Below the pieces are notes generated by a model. The model had not been told where the DNA came from. It saw nothing but the letters and a program-made list of their open reading frames with translations, and searched no databases. The translations under genes were made by a program, and so were the position numbers. From Candidatus Uhrbacteria bacterium (lineage in GTDB: Bacteria > Patescibacteriota > Patescibacteriia > UBA9934 > GWF2-40-263), in assembly GCA_016188495.1 (NCBI GenBank), contig JACPHU010000010.1:349-64348 (forward strand): a stretch of DNA of 64,000 bases, given 5' to 3'. Below are positions 1-10,100 of the stretch, piece by piece; the first letter of the stretch is position 1; every line of letters starts with the position of its first letter.

Positions 1-161
1 CCTTCCACAACAATCCAAAATTCTGATCTGCGTTGATGTCTTTGATAAGAATTGCGTTTGCCTGGATAAACTGTGTGACGTTTCACCTGATAACCAGGGT
101 GCGTTTCAAGAATAGTATAAAACCCCCAAGCACGAACATTTTCTGAAGGTAAGTCAGACAT
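1..161 (-). CDS. Cupin / type II phosphomannose isomerase C-terminal-like protein (partial, runs off window start)
   Basis: Hand translation from ATG at 161: MSDLPSENVRAWGFYTILETHPGYQVKRHTVYPGKRNSYQRHQRRSEFWIVVEG. Matches the RPWG..Y.VKR..V.PG...S.Q.H..RSE.W pattern of ManC/PMI cupin domains. Confidence 0.8.
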   Translation of the reverse strand, partial: MSDLPSENVRAWGFYTILETHPGYQVKRHTVYPGKRNSYQRHQRRSEFWIVVE

Positions 162-174
162 AACAATGATGTTA

Positions 175-325
175 AGAGATCTCTTTCAAAACTCGATGAG
201 ATTGCGGTGCACGGGCTGCTGAGCTACGCGAACCCTATTCAGAATAGGGAGAGCGGAGTCAGCCCGCCCGAACGACTGAACAGAATTGCTCGTCGTTCAG
301 TCGGGCGGGCGGGCGCCGAGATCTC
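175..325 (+). repeat. Dispersed hairpin element, family A (truncated right arm, extra hairpin inserted)
   Basis: AAAACTCGATGAGATTGC..CGGGCTG..GAACCCTA.TCAGA.TAGGGAGA closely matches the reverse complement of 45641-45768. Confidence 0.75.
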
Positions 326-923
326 AAAAATGAAAATTTAATCGATGAATATCACAGAGACCTTGTAAACTAATCGCTTGTTTATGCTCAATCGTTCCAT
401 ATCCTTTATGTTTCTCAAATCCATATCCTGGATATTGTTGGGAAAGAGTCTTCATTAAACGATCCCTAGTGACTTTAGCAATAATAGAGGAAGCGGCAAT
501 AGACTTGACCGATTGGTCTCCACGGATAATCCCTTTTTGAGGACAAGAAAGATCCGGAATCGTCCAGGCATCCACTAACGCATAATCAATCCCTGACAGA
601 TCTTCCACAGCCCGGCGCATGGCCAAATAATTTGCTTGTCGAATACCCAAGGCATAAATCTCATCCACACTCGCACTCCCAATACTCCACGCAACGGCTC
701 GTGCAGTAATTAATGTATAAAGCTCTTCACGTTGAGATTCGCTTAAAAGCTTACTGTCTCTCAGTCCTCCAATACGAGAATTTAAAGGTAAAATAACCGC
801 TCCCGCCACTACAGGGCCAGCCAAAGCCCCGCATCCTGCTTCATCCACGCCAACAATTCTTCGATACCCGTGACCCGCAAGCATTCGTTCGTATTTAAAT
901 GTGGGAACTGTTTTGATTGACAT
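324..923 (-). CDS. rnhB: Ribonuclease HII
   Basis: GVDEAGCGALAGPVVA, DSKLLS, IAASSIIAKVTRD and HKGYGT motifs; start taken at ATG 923. Confidence 0.95.
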   Translation of the reverse strand: MSIKTVPTFKYERMLAGHGYRRIVGVDEAGCGALAGPVVAGAVILPLNSRIGGLRDSKLLSESQREELYTLITARAVAWSIGSASVDEIYALGIRQANYLAMRRAVEDLSGIDYALVDAWTIPDLSCPQKGIIRGDQSVKSIAASSIIAKVTRDRLMKTLSQQYPGYGFEKHKGYGTIEHKQAISLQGLCDIHRLNFHF

Positions 924-1000
924 GAAACTCAATTTTTCCTAATATATTGACGTATTTCTTTATCAGGATCGCCCAACGATCTTTTATACCCACATTCATT

Positions 1001-2992
1001 ATGACCATTATACAGTACGCTTTAGCCGCCGGAGTCCTTGCTATTGCCTGGGGCGCTGTTCTCACCCAATGGATTCTTAAGCGTCCCGCAGGAGAAGGAA
1101 AAATGAAAGGTATTGCCCTTGCTATCCAAGAAGGAGCCAATGCTTACATGGCCCGTCAATATAAAATGATCACCCTCATTGGAATAATCATCTTCCTGAT
1201 TCTCGGTTTTACCCTTACCTGGACCCTTGCCCTTGGTTTTCTTGTAGGAGCCGTTCTCTCTGGACTTGCCGGATATATCGGTATGTCTGTTTCTGTCCGG
1301 GCCAATGTGCGTACAACAGAAGCGGCAAAGAGCGGACTGTCCCAAGCCCTTGACGTAGCGGTCCGCGGTGGAACCGTCACCGGACTGTTAGTGGTGGGAC
1401 TCGCCTTATTGGGAGTCACTGGCTTCTATGCCCTTACCATGGATATCTCCGCATTGATTGGTCTTGGATTCGGCGGATCTCTTATCTCCGTCTTTGCCCG
1501 ACTTGGTGGAGGAATCTTCACAAAAGCGGCTGACGTAGGAGCTGACCTGGTTGGAAAAACAGAAGCAGGTATCCCGGAAGATGATCCACGCAACCCAGCC
1601 GTGATTGCCGACAACGTCGGTGATAACGTCGGTGATTGTGCAGGAATGGCTGCTGACTTGTTTGAAACCTATGCCGTCACTCTTGTGGCTACCATGGTCT
1701 TAGGAAACCTTCTTGCCCCAAACTCCGATGTGCTTGTGATGTATCCTCTGGCTCTTGGATCTATCGCCATCGTTGCCTCCATCATTGGAACATTTTTCAT
1801 TAAACTCGGTAAAAGCCAAAACATCATGGGGGCCTTGTATAAAGGTCTCGCTGCTGCCGGAGTACTGGCGGCTGTAGGATTTTGGTTCATCACAAAAGGA
1901 TTTAATTTTTCCGGAACAGGAATGGAAGCAATGCCTTTGTTCTGGTCAGCCCTCCTTGGTCTTGCTGTCACAGGTTTTTTGATTGTCATCACAGAATATT
2001 ACACAGCCACGCACTATAAACCGGTTCAAAAACTCGCAGAAGCTTCACAATCAGGACACGGAACCAACATCATTGCAGGTCTGGCTCTTTCCATGAAATC
2101 AACAGCCCTGCCAGTGATCACAATCGTTGCTGGAATCTTAATTGCCTATGATCTTGCAGGACTTTACGGAATTGCCATTACCGCCGTTGCAATGCTTTCT
2201 TTGACAGGAATCATTGTGGCTATGGATGCTTATGGTCCTATCACAGACAACGCCGGCGGAATTGCAGAAATGAGCGATCTCCCTCCTGAAGTTCGCGCGG
2301 TCACAGATCCATTGGACGCCGTTGGAAACACCACCAAAGCCGTAACCAAGGCTTACGCCATCGGCTCAGCAGGACTTGCCACGCTCGTGTTATTTGGCGA
2401 CTACGTTCATACCATTGAAGCCACTGGGGCAAAAATCGTCTTTAGTCTTGTGGATCCACAAGTGATTGCAGGACTCTTTATCGGCGGACTTATTACATAT
2501 CTTTTCGCCGCTATGGCAATGGAAGCGGTAGGAAAAGCCGCGGGTGCGGTTGTGGAAGAAGTTCGACGTCAGTTCCGTGAAATTCCAGGAATCATGCAAG
2601 GAACCGCTAAACCAGAATATGGAAAAGCCGTAGATATCGTGACAGCCTCAGCCGTCAAATACATGATTGCCCCTTCATTACTAGCTGTATTTTCTCCTGT
2701 AATTGTAGGATTTGGATTAGGAGCCGAGGCTCTTGGAGGATTATTGATTGGTTCCATTATCACAGGACTGTTTGTAGCCGTTTCTATGACCACAGGCGGT
2801 GGGGCGTGGGACAATGCAAAAAAATACATTGAAGCAGGAAACTACGGTGGAAAAGGATCTGATGCCCACAAAGCCGCGGTAACTGGTGATACGGTTGGTG
2901 ATCCATACAAAGACACTGCCGGACCTGCCATCAACCCAATGATTAAAATTCTCAACATTGTAGCCCTCCTGATCGTAGCTCTGATTGTCTAA
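1001..2992 (+). CDS. hppA: Membrane-bound H+-translocating pyrophosphatase (probably K+-independent)
   Basis: [44 protein letters not shown] and [11 protein letters not shown] motifs; many TM helices. Confidence 0.96.
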   Translation: MTIIQYALAAGVLAIAWGAVLTQWILKRPAGEGKMKGIALAIQEGANAYMARQYKMITLIGIIIFLILGFTLTWTLALGFLVGAVLSGLAGYIGMSVSVRANVRTTEAAKSGLSQALDVAVRGGTVTGLLVVGLALLGVTGFYALTMDISALIGLGFGGSLISVFARLGGGIFTKAADVGADLVGKTEAGIPEDDPRNPAVIADNVGDNVGDCAGMAADLFETYAVTLVATMVLGNLLAPNSDVLVMYPLALGSIAIVASIIGTFFIKLGKSQNIMGALYKGLAAAGVLAAVGFWFITKGFNFSGTGMEAMPLFWSALLGLAVTGFLIVITEYYTATHYKPVQKLAEASQSGHGTNIIAGLALSMKSTALPVITIVAGILIAYDLAGLYGIAITAVAMLSLTGIIVAMDAYGPITDNAGGIAEMSDLPPEVRAVTDPLDAVGNTTKAVTKAYAIGSAGLATLVLFGDYVHTIEATGAKIVFSLVDPQVIAGLFIGGLITYLFAAMAMEAVGKAAGAVVEEVRRQFREIPGIMQGTAKPEYGKAVDIVTASAVKYMIAPSLLAVFSPVIVGFGLGAEALGGLLIGSIITGLFVAVSMTTGGGAWDNAKKYIEAGNYGGKGSDAHKAAVTGDTVGDPYKDTAGPAINPMIKILNIVALLIVALIV

Positions 2993-3055
2993 GTGTAAAA
3001 AATAAAACACCTTGGCTAAAAAGCTGTGGTGTTTTTTTAATTTAAGAAGGTAATG

Positions 3056-3285
3056 AAACTCCCCGCGAGCCAAGCTGACGGGGTATCAGGCTGCATATTC
3101 CCTGAGCGGAGGAACGTTGCGACGAACCGTAGTCGAAGGGTGCAAATACAGCCTTCGACGGATTCGACCATTCGACAAGCTCATGGCAGGCAGCTCACCG
3201 CAGACAGGCTCAGGCAATAAAATACGCAGCCGTTCGATCTACTCACGACAGGCAAGCTGACGGGGTATTTACCCTGAGGGAATAA
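3056..3285. repeat. Composite nested palindromic repeat cluster (family B units between two CAAGCTGACGGGGTAT direct repeats)
   Basis: CAAGCTGACGGGGTAT at ~3071 and ~3254; CCCTGAGC..GTCGAAGGG at 3100-3140; three nested TTCGAC..GCTCA units at 3151-3215. Confidence 0.75.
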
Positions 3286-3340
3286 AAAACGACTCTCCAT
3301 CAGAGAGTCGTCACGTGAACCGGAAAGAAAAAATTCTTGA

Positions 3341-3913
3341 CTATCCCTGGTCGACCTGAGCCAGTGGTCGATATCGACACTCTCCGAACTCTACGCCCGA
3401 CGACTGAGCAAAGGTGTCCAGAAGTTTCCGGTACTCGGTCTTGATCACCGTACGGGAAGACACCCTGTCAAACTCGGTCACCCCATGCAGATAGATCACG
3501 TTGTCTGGTTCCAATTCTGTACCGCCCCACCAGATCTGTATGCGATACATACCGTCGGACATTCCCCCTATCCTTTCGATGCTCTTAGCCCCCATGTTTC
3601 GAAACTGCTTTATGAGTAGAAGTGCACTGTTCGTCATGGGTATACTGAATGAACAGTCCGACGGCGGGGTAATATTGATGCGGAACGAACCATCTAAAGA
3701 CAACGAATCCTCCGCCAAGGGCACAGTTTCCAACTCAACGAGCACTCTATCCTTCAATGACGTAAGCTTCTGGAACTCCACCTGGAATTCGGTCACGACA
3801 GGAGGAACAGTTAACCCTTCCTCTGCGAGTTGGTTAAGATATCCCAACACCGCATCGAAAGAAAATCTAAAACCATCCGCCACGTGATTACGCACACCGA
3901 GCTCTTTGGACAT
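3341..3913 (-). CDS. Hypothetical protein
   Basis: 190-aa ORF with its own TTGACA-17-TATATT promoter (-35 at 4006-4011, minus strand) and a hairpin downstream (~3286-3312). Confidence 0.7.
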   Translation of the reverse strand: MSKELGVRNHVADGFRFSFDAVLGYLNQLAEEGLTVPPVVTEFQVEFQKLTSLKDRVLVELETVPLAEDSLSLDGSFRINITPPSDCSFSIPMTNSALLLIKQFRNMGAKSIERIGGMSDGMYRIQIWWGGTELEPDNVIYLHGVTEFDRVSSRTVIKTEYRKLLDTFAQSSGVEFGECRYRPLAQVDQG

Positions 3914-3982
3914 GACGTTCTCTTTTTATTAAGGAGTGTTCGTAAATCCGTAGTTTTACTTCCAGGACGGCAGGAAGTTGAA

Positions 3983-4046
3983 AATATATTACTTTCTTCA
4001 ATTTTTGTCAAGTATTCTTGACTTTTTTACCTTCAAAATTTACACT
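3983..4046. promoter_or_regulatory. Back-to-back sigma70-type promoters
   Basis: Plus strand TTGACT(4018)-17-TACACT(4041); minus strand TTGACA(4011)-17-TATATT. Confidence 0.6.
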
Positions 4047-4090
4047 CACCCCTCGTTCTTTTACAAGTAAAACTGCTTAAGGAGCTAAAA

Positions 4091-6073
4091 ATGGCAAAAA
4101 AAGTTGGACTTAGCAATCGAGACAGACAAACCGCTCTGGTTCACGCGACATTTAATCATGGCAATTCTCTCTCAGGCAACGTAAAAAAAGTTCCTGGAAC
4201 TTTTTCAGATACCACGAGTCTTCAAACACAGTGGTTTCTAGAAAACACACAAACAACGGCCATGAAGGACGCCCTGCTCATACAACAGGTGCTCATGCGT
4301 ATGGTAAGGATGAAAAAAACCCAAAGAAATACCCTGTCAGAACCGGAACTTTTAGAAAAACTGGTAAACCGACTCATCAAAATAGCACGGCCGGAAATTA
4401 TTTCTTATCTGGAAGAAACAGAAAAACATCATCTCTATTTTAATGATTTAAACCAGATGATGTCTGTTTTTTCCTGGATTCAAAAAAAGGTGGGGGAAGA
4501 ACTTGGATATAAAGGTGGGGGAAGACAAATCCCCGGCAGCAACCATAGAGCAAAAGATGATGTCTTTTGGAAAAACGTTTATTCCATGAGCTGCCAGCTC
4601 TTTGGATTTTTCCAAGATCATTGGGGATGCTTCTGCACAGAAAAGGAAGCGGTCCCTATTCAGTCGGCCCAGATAACGATTCGCGCGTTTGAAATTATCT
4701 ACAAACTCATGAGCACTGTGCCTCCCTGCAAAGTACTTCGTCTGGTCCAAAGCGCCCATCAGGCAAGAATAGACTTACAGCAGATAGAACGTATTGCTCT
4801 GAGTCATATCCCCATGCGAATAGACGATTTCATCCAGCTTATGGCTGATAAAATCCTTACGCCAAAAACAAGCATACTCTTCCTCAAGTATCCGGAACTC
4901 ATTGACGCACTCTCTTATGAAGGAATCCGACATCTTTTCAGACGATGGAAAGAATCCGAGAGGAAAACAAATATCCTTGTCTTTGCCCAATCGATCAGAC
5001 AGGAACTGTATCCCGATACGCTTCCAGACGGAATAAAAACGGAGTGGGAGATATTGGAACATCCGCGATTATTTTCATTCCTTCATGCGTTGCACGGAAC
5101 AACACAAGGAGAAATATCCTTTTCTTTTCCTGACCACGCCTACGCACCCGGTCTCTATACACCCAGTAATGCGATGATCCTTCTTCCTAAAACGGTTCCG
5201 ATGCTTGTCGCAAGGCAGGACCAACCCCTGATCCAAGCATCACCTCGCCAAGAAGAAGGCGAGTATGATTACCCTATTCTCGATCTGGATGAAGATGAGA
5301 ATGAATCTGATGCACTGACTCAGATAACGTGTATACAGACCGCAGAAAATTTCTTCTGTGAAGAAGTTTTCTCTCTCTGGACGGAACGAGCGGAAGCCTA
5401 TTCAGCGTCACATGAGAATCCTTGCCTACTCACTTCAAAATCGGAAACCTCTCTTTGGGAAGAATCTGCTGATGTGGAAAATCCCTGGGACGTTGTTATC
5501 TATCTGATCGAAGAAGATCTGAAAGAAAAGCTTGTTGCTTCTGCGACTGAAGATCCTGATCTAGTGGATTTGATGCAAGAAATGCAAGCCGTTCATCGTT
5601 TGCTAAACTTCGCTCGCGCGGGAGATGCTGAGGGAGTCCTCGATTGTTGGGCCTCCTGGATCGATCCCATCCGCGGTCGAATAAAAAAACTCGATGGGCG
5701 ACTTAAACAGACAGAGAAAGAGGTAACGATTTCAACTCTCTTGAAAGAAGAGGTTCTGCCAATTTCTCTGGTGGAGGAGTGTGAAACAGAAGAAATGACC
5801 GTACAGGAAACACCTGCGGTCTCCCTCCAAATACAAGAACCTTCTCCTGTCCAAGAATTGACACCCAGCGTGGAAATCCCTGCTGAAAGTCAACTCGTGA
5901 CACAGACAAGGGAACTCCTTGCTAAGCTACCTGTGGGATCCATGCGCAAACAGCTTAAGAAAAAGCTGGATACGCTCATCGGGGAAGCGACGCAAGGCGA
6001 AGGCGCATCCCTAAAAGCAGCCTTCACACATCTGCAGGGAGAAATCCAAAGCCTGCTTGACGTTATTTCCTAA
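4091..6073 (+). CDS. Hypothetical protein (660 aa, acidic C-terminal half)
   Basis: Long ORF, SD AAGGAG, own promoter and terminator (6086-6115); no family recognised. Confidence 0.85.
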   Translation: MAKKVGLSNRDRQTALVHATFNHGNSLSGNVKKVPGTFSDTTSLQTQWFLENTQTTAMKDALLIQQVLMRMVRMKKTQRNTLSEPELLEKLVNRLIKIARPEIISYLEETEKHHLYFNDLNQMMSVFSWIQKKVGEELGYKGGGRQIPGSNHRAKDDVFWKNVYSMSCQLFGFFQDHWGCFCTEKEAVPIQSAQITIRAFEIIYKLMSTVPPCKVLRLVQSAHQARIDLQQIERIALSHIPMRIDDFIQLMADKILTPKTSILFLKYPELIDALSYEGIRHLFRRWKESERKTNILVFAQSIRQELYPDTLPDGIKTEWEILEHPRLFSFLHALHGTTQGEISFSFPDHAYAPGLYTPSNAMILLPKTVPMLVARQDQPLIQASPRQEEGEYDYPILDLDEDENESDALTQITCIQTAENFFCEEVFSLWTERAEAYSASHENPCLLTSKSETSLWEESADVENPWDVVIYLIEEDLKEKLVASATEDPDLVDLMQEMQAVHRLLNFARAGDAEGVLDCWASWIDPIRGRIKKLDGRLKQTEKEVTISTLLKEEVLPISLVEECETEEMTVQETPAVSLQIQEPSPVQELTPSVEIPAESQLVTQTRELLAKLPVGSMRKQLKKKLDTLIGEATQGEGASLKAAFTHLQGEIQSLLDVIS

Positions 6074-6085
6074 TGCACGCCTCAA

Positions 6086-6115
6086 GACCGTCCTTTTATA
6101 AAAAGGGCGGTTTTT
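6086..6115 (+). terminator. Intrinsic terminator
   Basis: GACCGTCCTTT...AAAGGGCGGTT stem followed by T run. Confidence 0.6.
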
Positions 6116-6210
6116 AATAGACAAAATCAAAACTCTCTGCTAAAAACAGGGGTCGCGTAAAGACCTCTCTCTTAACGCGAAGCCCTTTCCAAACCAACGG
6201 AGCGATACCC

Positions 6211-9200
6211 ATGTCTATCACCCAAAAAAGGATGCTGAATCTTCTGTCGGGTATGACCGATGGGGAACGCAAATTCGAGTTCTTCAAATATCTCTTTGAA
6301 CGCAATGAACTGACAGAACATGACCTGTATGAACTTCTGGTAAAGTCTATTGAGCGTAATCCGAGCTATTATTTCGAACAGATCACCAAGAACGATCTGC
6401 TCAAATATCTTTGGCACCGATTTCAAGCCTATCCTGAAACGCTCGCCAGAGCACTCGTACGAGTATGTCCAGAACTGTTCTACGGCAACCATGAATGGGT
6501 CACGCGCCTTATTATTCGCCTCCAAAGCGACAAACGCCTGGGAACAGAACTGGGCATGATTACCGTGGCCCCCAAGCAGGGAACAGGCCAAGGATCCAAC
6601 CGACTGACGGTGGCAATCAATGAGAAGCTGATACAATCCATTCCTCGTGACGTACGGGATCTTGATGTGGAATGTCGTATACGGGAACTCTTGTACTGGT
6701 ATTCACGCGACCCGAAACTAGGAGCGGAATATACCCAGGAACAGATCGACAGTGCAAACCCTTATGAAGCACAGGTGTGGAATCTGGCTCGAACGCATCT
6801 GGATCACTACCTCAAAGAATCTTTCCCACAGACCGTATCAAAGATGAATGACCGACTCTTTCCGGCCATGCATGTGCGCTGGTGGCTGGATCGCTCTGCC
6901 GCGCAAACGCGCGTTCTCAACATTGGCGACACTGGAACGTATAAAACCAGTTACTCGGTCCTGGCGATGCGTCAAGCAGAAGCAAAAAAAGTACTGATCT
7001 TTTGTGCGGCTAACGCCAGAGCGAACTGGGAACAGGAACTGAAACTCTACCTACCCCATCTTCGGGCTGTCGGTCGAGTAGAAATCGTACAAAACTCCAG
7101 TCATGTTATTGCCGATAATGCAGAATTCATTATCGTAGCTTACACGACGTTGGTCCATCGTCCCGTCATCCAAATGCTCAAAGAGCAAAAAATCGATGGA
7201 ATTATTTGGGACGAAAGTCATTACGGGAAAAACGTGGTAGGAACCACTCCTGCCAAACGTGCTTTGGGAGCATTGGAAATTATTCAATCCCATGTTCCGT
7301 CTCTTAAAAAAGTGGTTGCCAATTCTGCTACACCTTGGGAAAACAGTCCGGAAGAAATAGCTGCTCTGGCGTGCATATTGCGCCCCGAGCTTTTTCCAAA
7401 CCCTCGAGAATTTCTGCGGTCGGGCGCCTACGCCAGTCCGCGATTCCTGCGAGCCTTATTTGAGACGTGCATCCTGGATATCGGGCTACATGAAGTGCGG
7501 GAACTACCCACGATTGATCCAAAACCTTGGGAAGACCTCTTTAATCCTGTCGCGATCCGGATGACCCCGCCTCAGGCAGTCCTCTATCAGCAGCTTCTGC
7601 ACCAAATCCCTGATCAAACAGATGAGGAAGATTCTCTCAAAATCATCAATGGTGTGGATGGGAGCCAGAAAGTCCGTTATCTCTTATATGCCTGCGATAT
7701 GCCTCATGTGCTCGCGCGCGTGGCAGAATACGATTGGCCCGCAGAGATCGAAGACGCGTTTGAAGACTGGAGCTTCTCGGCCAAGCTCGTGTGGCTAAAA
7801 GACCAGATCGATCAAAACATCGGAACAGCCAAAATCGTGGTGGCGTCTGGAATGTATGTTTCTGGCATCACCAAACCGATCAAAGATGATGAAGAAATCC
7901 TCTGGATCGGACGTCAGTTACGGGAATGGTATGGAGAAAAAACAGTCTTGATTTTAGATGGGGATGTACGCATTGGCGAGGATCGCAACGATCTGATCAA
8001 ACAATGGCGAACGCAAGAGTCTGCCCGAATCCTGCTGGTCTCCATGAAGACCTGTCCGGATTCGATTAATCTGTCTGTCACTATTGAAGACGATCCCACA
8101 CTCAAAGAACTCCTCGTCATCGGGTTTGCTCTGGATTGGAAACCTTGGAAACAATTCCTCGGGCGATTCTGGCGTGAGGGATTACGCATTCCTATGCGTT
8201 ACGTCTGTCCTGTGCTGCAAGGCACGATCGACGAAGCCCGCATGGAACTGAATCGCCGAAAATGGAAGTCACTCACGCGTTTCCGTTCTCGAGTTCCTCC
8301 CACAGACGAGGAATGGACGAACTATTCAAAATCAGACAGCGCCACGCTTTCAGACCTTATGCGCAGCCCAAAAGAATGGGTGAGCATCGTCAATAACGAT
8401 GTCCGAGGCATCGGCGAGGAAGCCGCGCGCTGTTATCTGGATAAAGAAAACGGTCTCTCCACTCAGGGAGAACAGTTCGCCAGAAGCTTCCTTGCCGCTC
8501 AAGAACACATGGCCTCCGGTCACATCGCCCGCCATATGCGCTACGTGTTGCAGCAAGGCCTCATTCCTGGGGGGATCCTCACGGACTCCACGCGGATTTT
8601 GGACGCGGGATGCGGACCAGCAACACTAGCGCGAACACTCCAGATGCCCGTCACAGGTGTAGATCTCAATCCTTGGATGATCACTGTGGCGCGCGAAGCA
8701 AATCCTGAGCTCACCCTCAATTGTCAGGTTGGAACCGTGAGCCAACTTCCACCTTCTTGGACAGGACGATTTCGTTTAAGTGTCTGCTCCATGGTTCTTG
8801 ATTGGACACAATTGGGAACGATCCAAGATTCACAAAGAATCAAAGCTCTTATGGAATTGATTCGAGTCACAGATCCTCATGGACTCATTTGGTTAACGTT
8901 CAATGAAAAAGCTTTAGACGAGTCACTGTTTAAAACATGGACCCAGGCTCTGAAAAAGAGCGGTTGTGAACTCTCACCACTCACGGGTTTCGTCGTCCCT
9001 GTAGAACAGGCGGGAAAAAAGAAACCAGACTTCGCTTTCTGGTCGATCGTCTTCACTGCCGCTGGACATCATCTGACTCCGTTTGACCCGTTATCTTTCC
9101 GATTCCGGTTTGAACTTGAACAGATGAAATACAAGCAGGCAAAGACAGGTTATTCTTCTAAGTCCTCAAAGGATCTAGAACCGACCTGTTATGAACGGTT

Positions 9201-9396
9201 CGTCATCAAAGATCCTGGAGCCTATGAGACATCAGACACCGTGGGCGTCCGACAAACACTCCTTACAGAACTCACACGATGGAGCAAGGTCGAAGGAAAA
9301 CCCATCAATATCTCCCAACAGGTGACAGACTTGTTTGGAGCCGATTGGAGAATCCTTCAACAGCTTCAAAAACGAGGAATTATCTCCTTCACCTGA
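6211..9396 (+). CDS. SNF2-like SF2 ATPase/helicase fused to a C-terminal class I SAM-dependent methyltransferase
   Basis: GDTGTYKT (motif I), IIWDESH (II), SATPWEN (III), LDG..DRNDLIKQW, ILLVS..SINL (V), QFLGRFWREG (VI); C-terminal ILDAGCG..VTGVDLNPWM SAM-binding motifs. Confidence 0.8.
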   Translation: MSITQKRMLNLLSGMTDGERKFEFFKYLFERNELTEHDLYELLVKSIERNPSYYFEQITKNDLLKYLWHRFQAYPETLARALVRVCPELFYGNHEWVTRLIIRLQSDKRLGTELGMITVAPKQGTGQGSNRLTVAINEKLIQSIPRDVRDLDVECRIRELLYWYSRDPKLGAEYTQEQIDSANPYEAQVWNLARTHLDHYLKESFPQTVSKMNDRLFPAMHVRWWLDRSAAQTRVLNIGDTGTYKTSYSVLAMRQAEAKKVLIFCAANARANWEQELKLYLPHLRAVGRVEIVQNSSHVIADNAEFIIVAYTTLVHRPVIQMLKEQKIDGIIWDESHYGKNVVGTTPAKRALGALEIIQSHVPSLKKVVANSATPWENSPEEIAALACILRPELFPNPREFLRSGAYASPRFLRALFETCILDIGLHEVRELPTIDPKPWEDLFNPVAIRMTPPQAVLYQQLLHQIPDQTDEEDSLKIINGVDGSQKVRYLLYACDMPHVLARVAEYDWPAEIEDAFEDWSFSAKLVWLKDQIDQNIGTAKIVVASGMYVSGITKPIKDDEEILWIGRQLREWYGEKTVLILDGDVRIGEDRNDLIKQWRTQESARILLVSMKTCPDSINLSVTIEDDPTLKELLVIGFALDWKPWKQFLGRFWREGLRIPMRYVCPVLQGTIDEARMELNRRKWKSLTRFRSRVPPTDEEWTNYSKSDSATLSDLMRSPKEWVSIVNNDVRGIGEEAARCYLDKENGLSTQGEQFARSFLAAQEHMASGHIARHMRYVLQQGLIPGGILTDSTRILDAGCGPATLARTLQMPVTGVDLNPWMITVAREANPELTLNCQVGTVSQLPPSWTGRFRLSVCSMVLDWTQLGTIQDSQRIKALMELIRVTDPHGLIWLTFNEKALDESLFKTWTQALKKSGCELSPLTGFVVPVEQAGKKKPDFAFWSIVFTAAGHHLTPFDPLSFRFRFELEQMKYKQAKTGYSSKSSKDLEPTCYERFVIKDPGAYETSDTVGVRQTLLTELTRWSKVEGKPINISQQVTDLFGADWRILQQLQKRGIISFT

Positions 9397-9419
9397 GATG
9401 CGCACGCATCTCTTTTTTA
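9396..9419 (+). terminator. Intrinsic terminator
   Basis: GAGATGCG-CA-CGCATCTC followed by T6. Confidence 0.6.
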
Positions 9420-9484
9420 TTGACCAGATTCAGCAAAATTGTTAGGATTTTTTCTTACAACTTTTGTAAGAAAAGGAGGAGATC

Positions 9485-10084
9485 ATGTCTTTATCCAAAT
9501 CGCTCTTTCAACTAACCGTCCAGGAACTGGCCAAGATTCTGCAAGGACAGGACCTAGAACTCCCTGACGGGAGAGTGATAAAGATCCTTAAGACGGATTA
9601 CTACACTCGGACAGAAAACGAGAAGGGAAGTTACAAACCCATGCTCAACATGGAACCGGGAAGCGTCTATGTTGCGCGTATCATGAATGCTTTTTTGTTT
9701 TTGATTGTGGCTCTGGAAGGAACCGACTCTGGAGCCTGTGTGCGAGTGACGAGCATCCAAACTCAAAACGGAATCATCAAAGGACCGGGGCGCGTAGGAA
9801 CATGGATAGGCTTCAATATGCATCAACAGACAGGTCGTCTAATGGAACGTGAAGGGAAACCTTTGTTACTCAGTATGGAGGGAGTTCTGACACCGGAAAT
9901 TCTTCCTGTTCAGAAGACTGTGCTCATCCCCATAACAGACAGCGTTCTCTCAAAATACACGGATCATCTTGCGATCCACTTTATGTCAGAACGTTTGGAT
10001 GAAGCCTACGAAGAGTTTCTGGAACGGATAAAGAGGGAATGGATTACGGAAGACGAATTAAAAAAACGTCTAGGGATCAGTTAA
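9485..10084 (+). CDS. Divergent 3-methyladenine DNA glycosylase (MPG/AAG)-like protein with C-terminal helical extension
   Basis: ELAKILQG, KILKTDYY (cf. RIVETEAY), M..EPGSVYV, GACVRV (cf. AVLIR) and GPGRV (cf. GPGKL) occur in MPG order. Confidence 0.65.
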   Translation: MSLSKSLFQLTVQELAKILQGQDLELPDGRVIKILKTDYYTRTENEKGSYKPMLNMEPGSVYVARIMNAFLFLIVALEGTDSGACVRVTSIQTQNGIIKGPGRVGTWIGFNMHQQTGRLMEREGKPLLLSMEGVLTPEILPVQKTVLIPITDSVLSKYTDHLAIHFMSERLDEAYEEFLERIKREWITEDELKKRLGIS

Positions 10085-10100
10085 TTCAAGGAGGATCTCT

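Noticed and set aside
3056-3285. CRISPR array or IS200/IS605 element
   Set aside because: No regularly spaced identical repeats with unique spacers, no cas genes, and no transposase or TnpB ORF; kept only as a repeat cluster.
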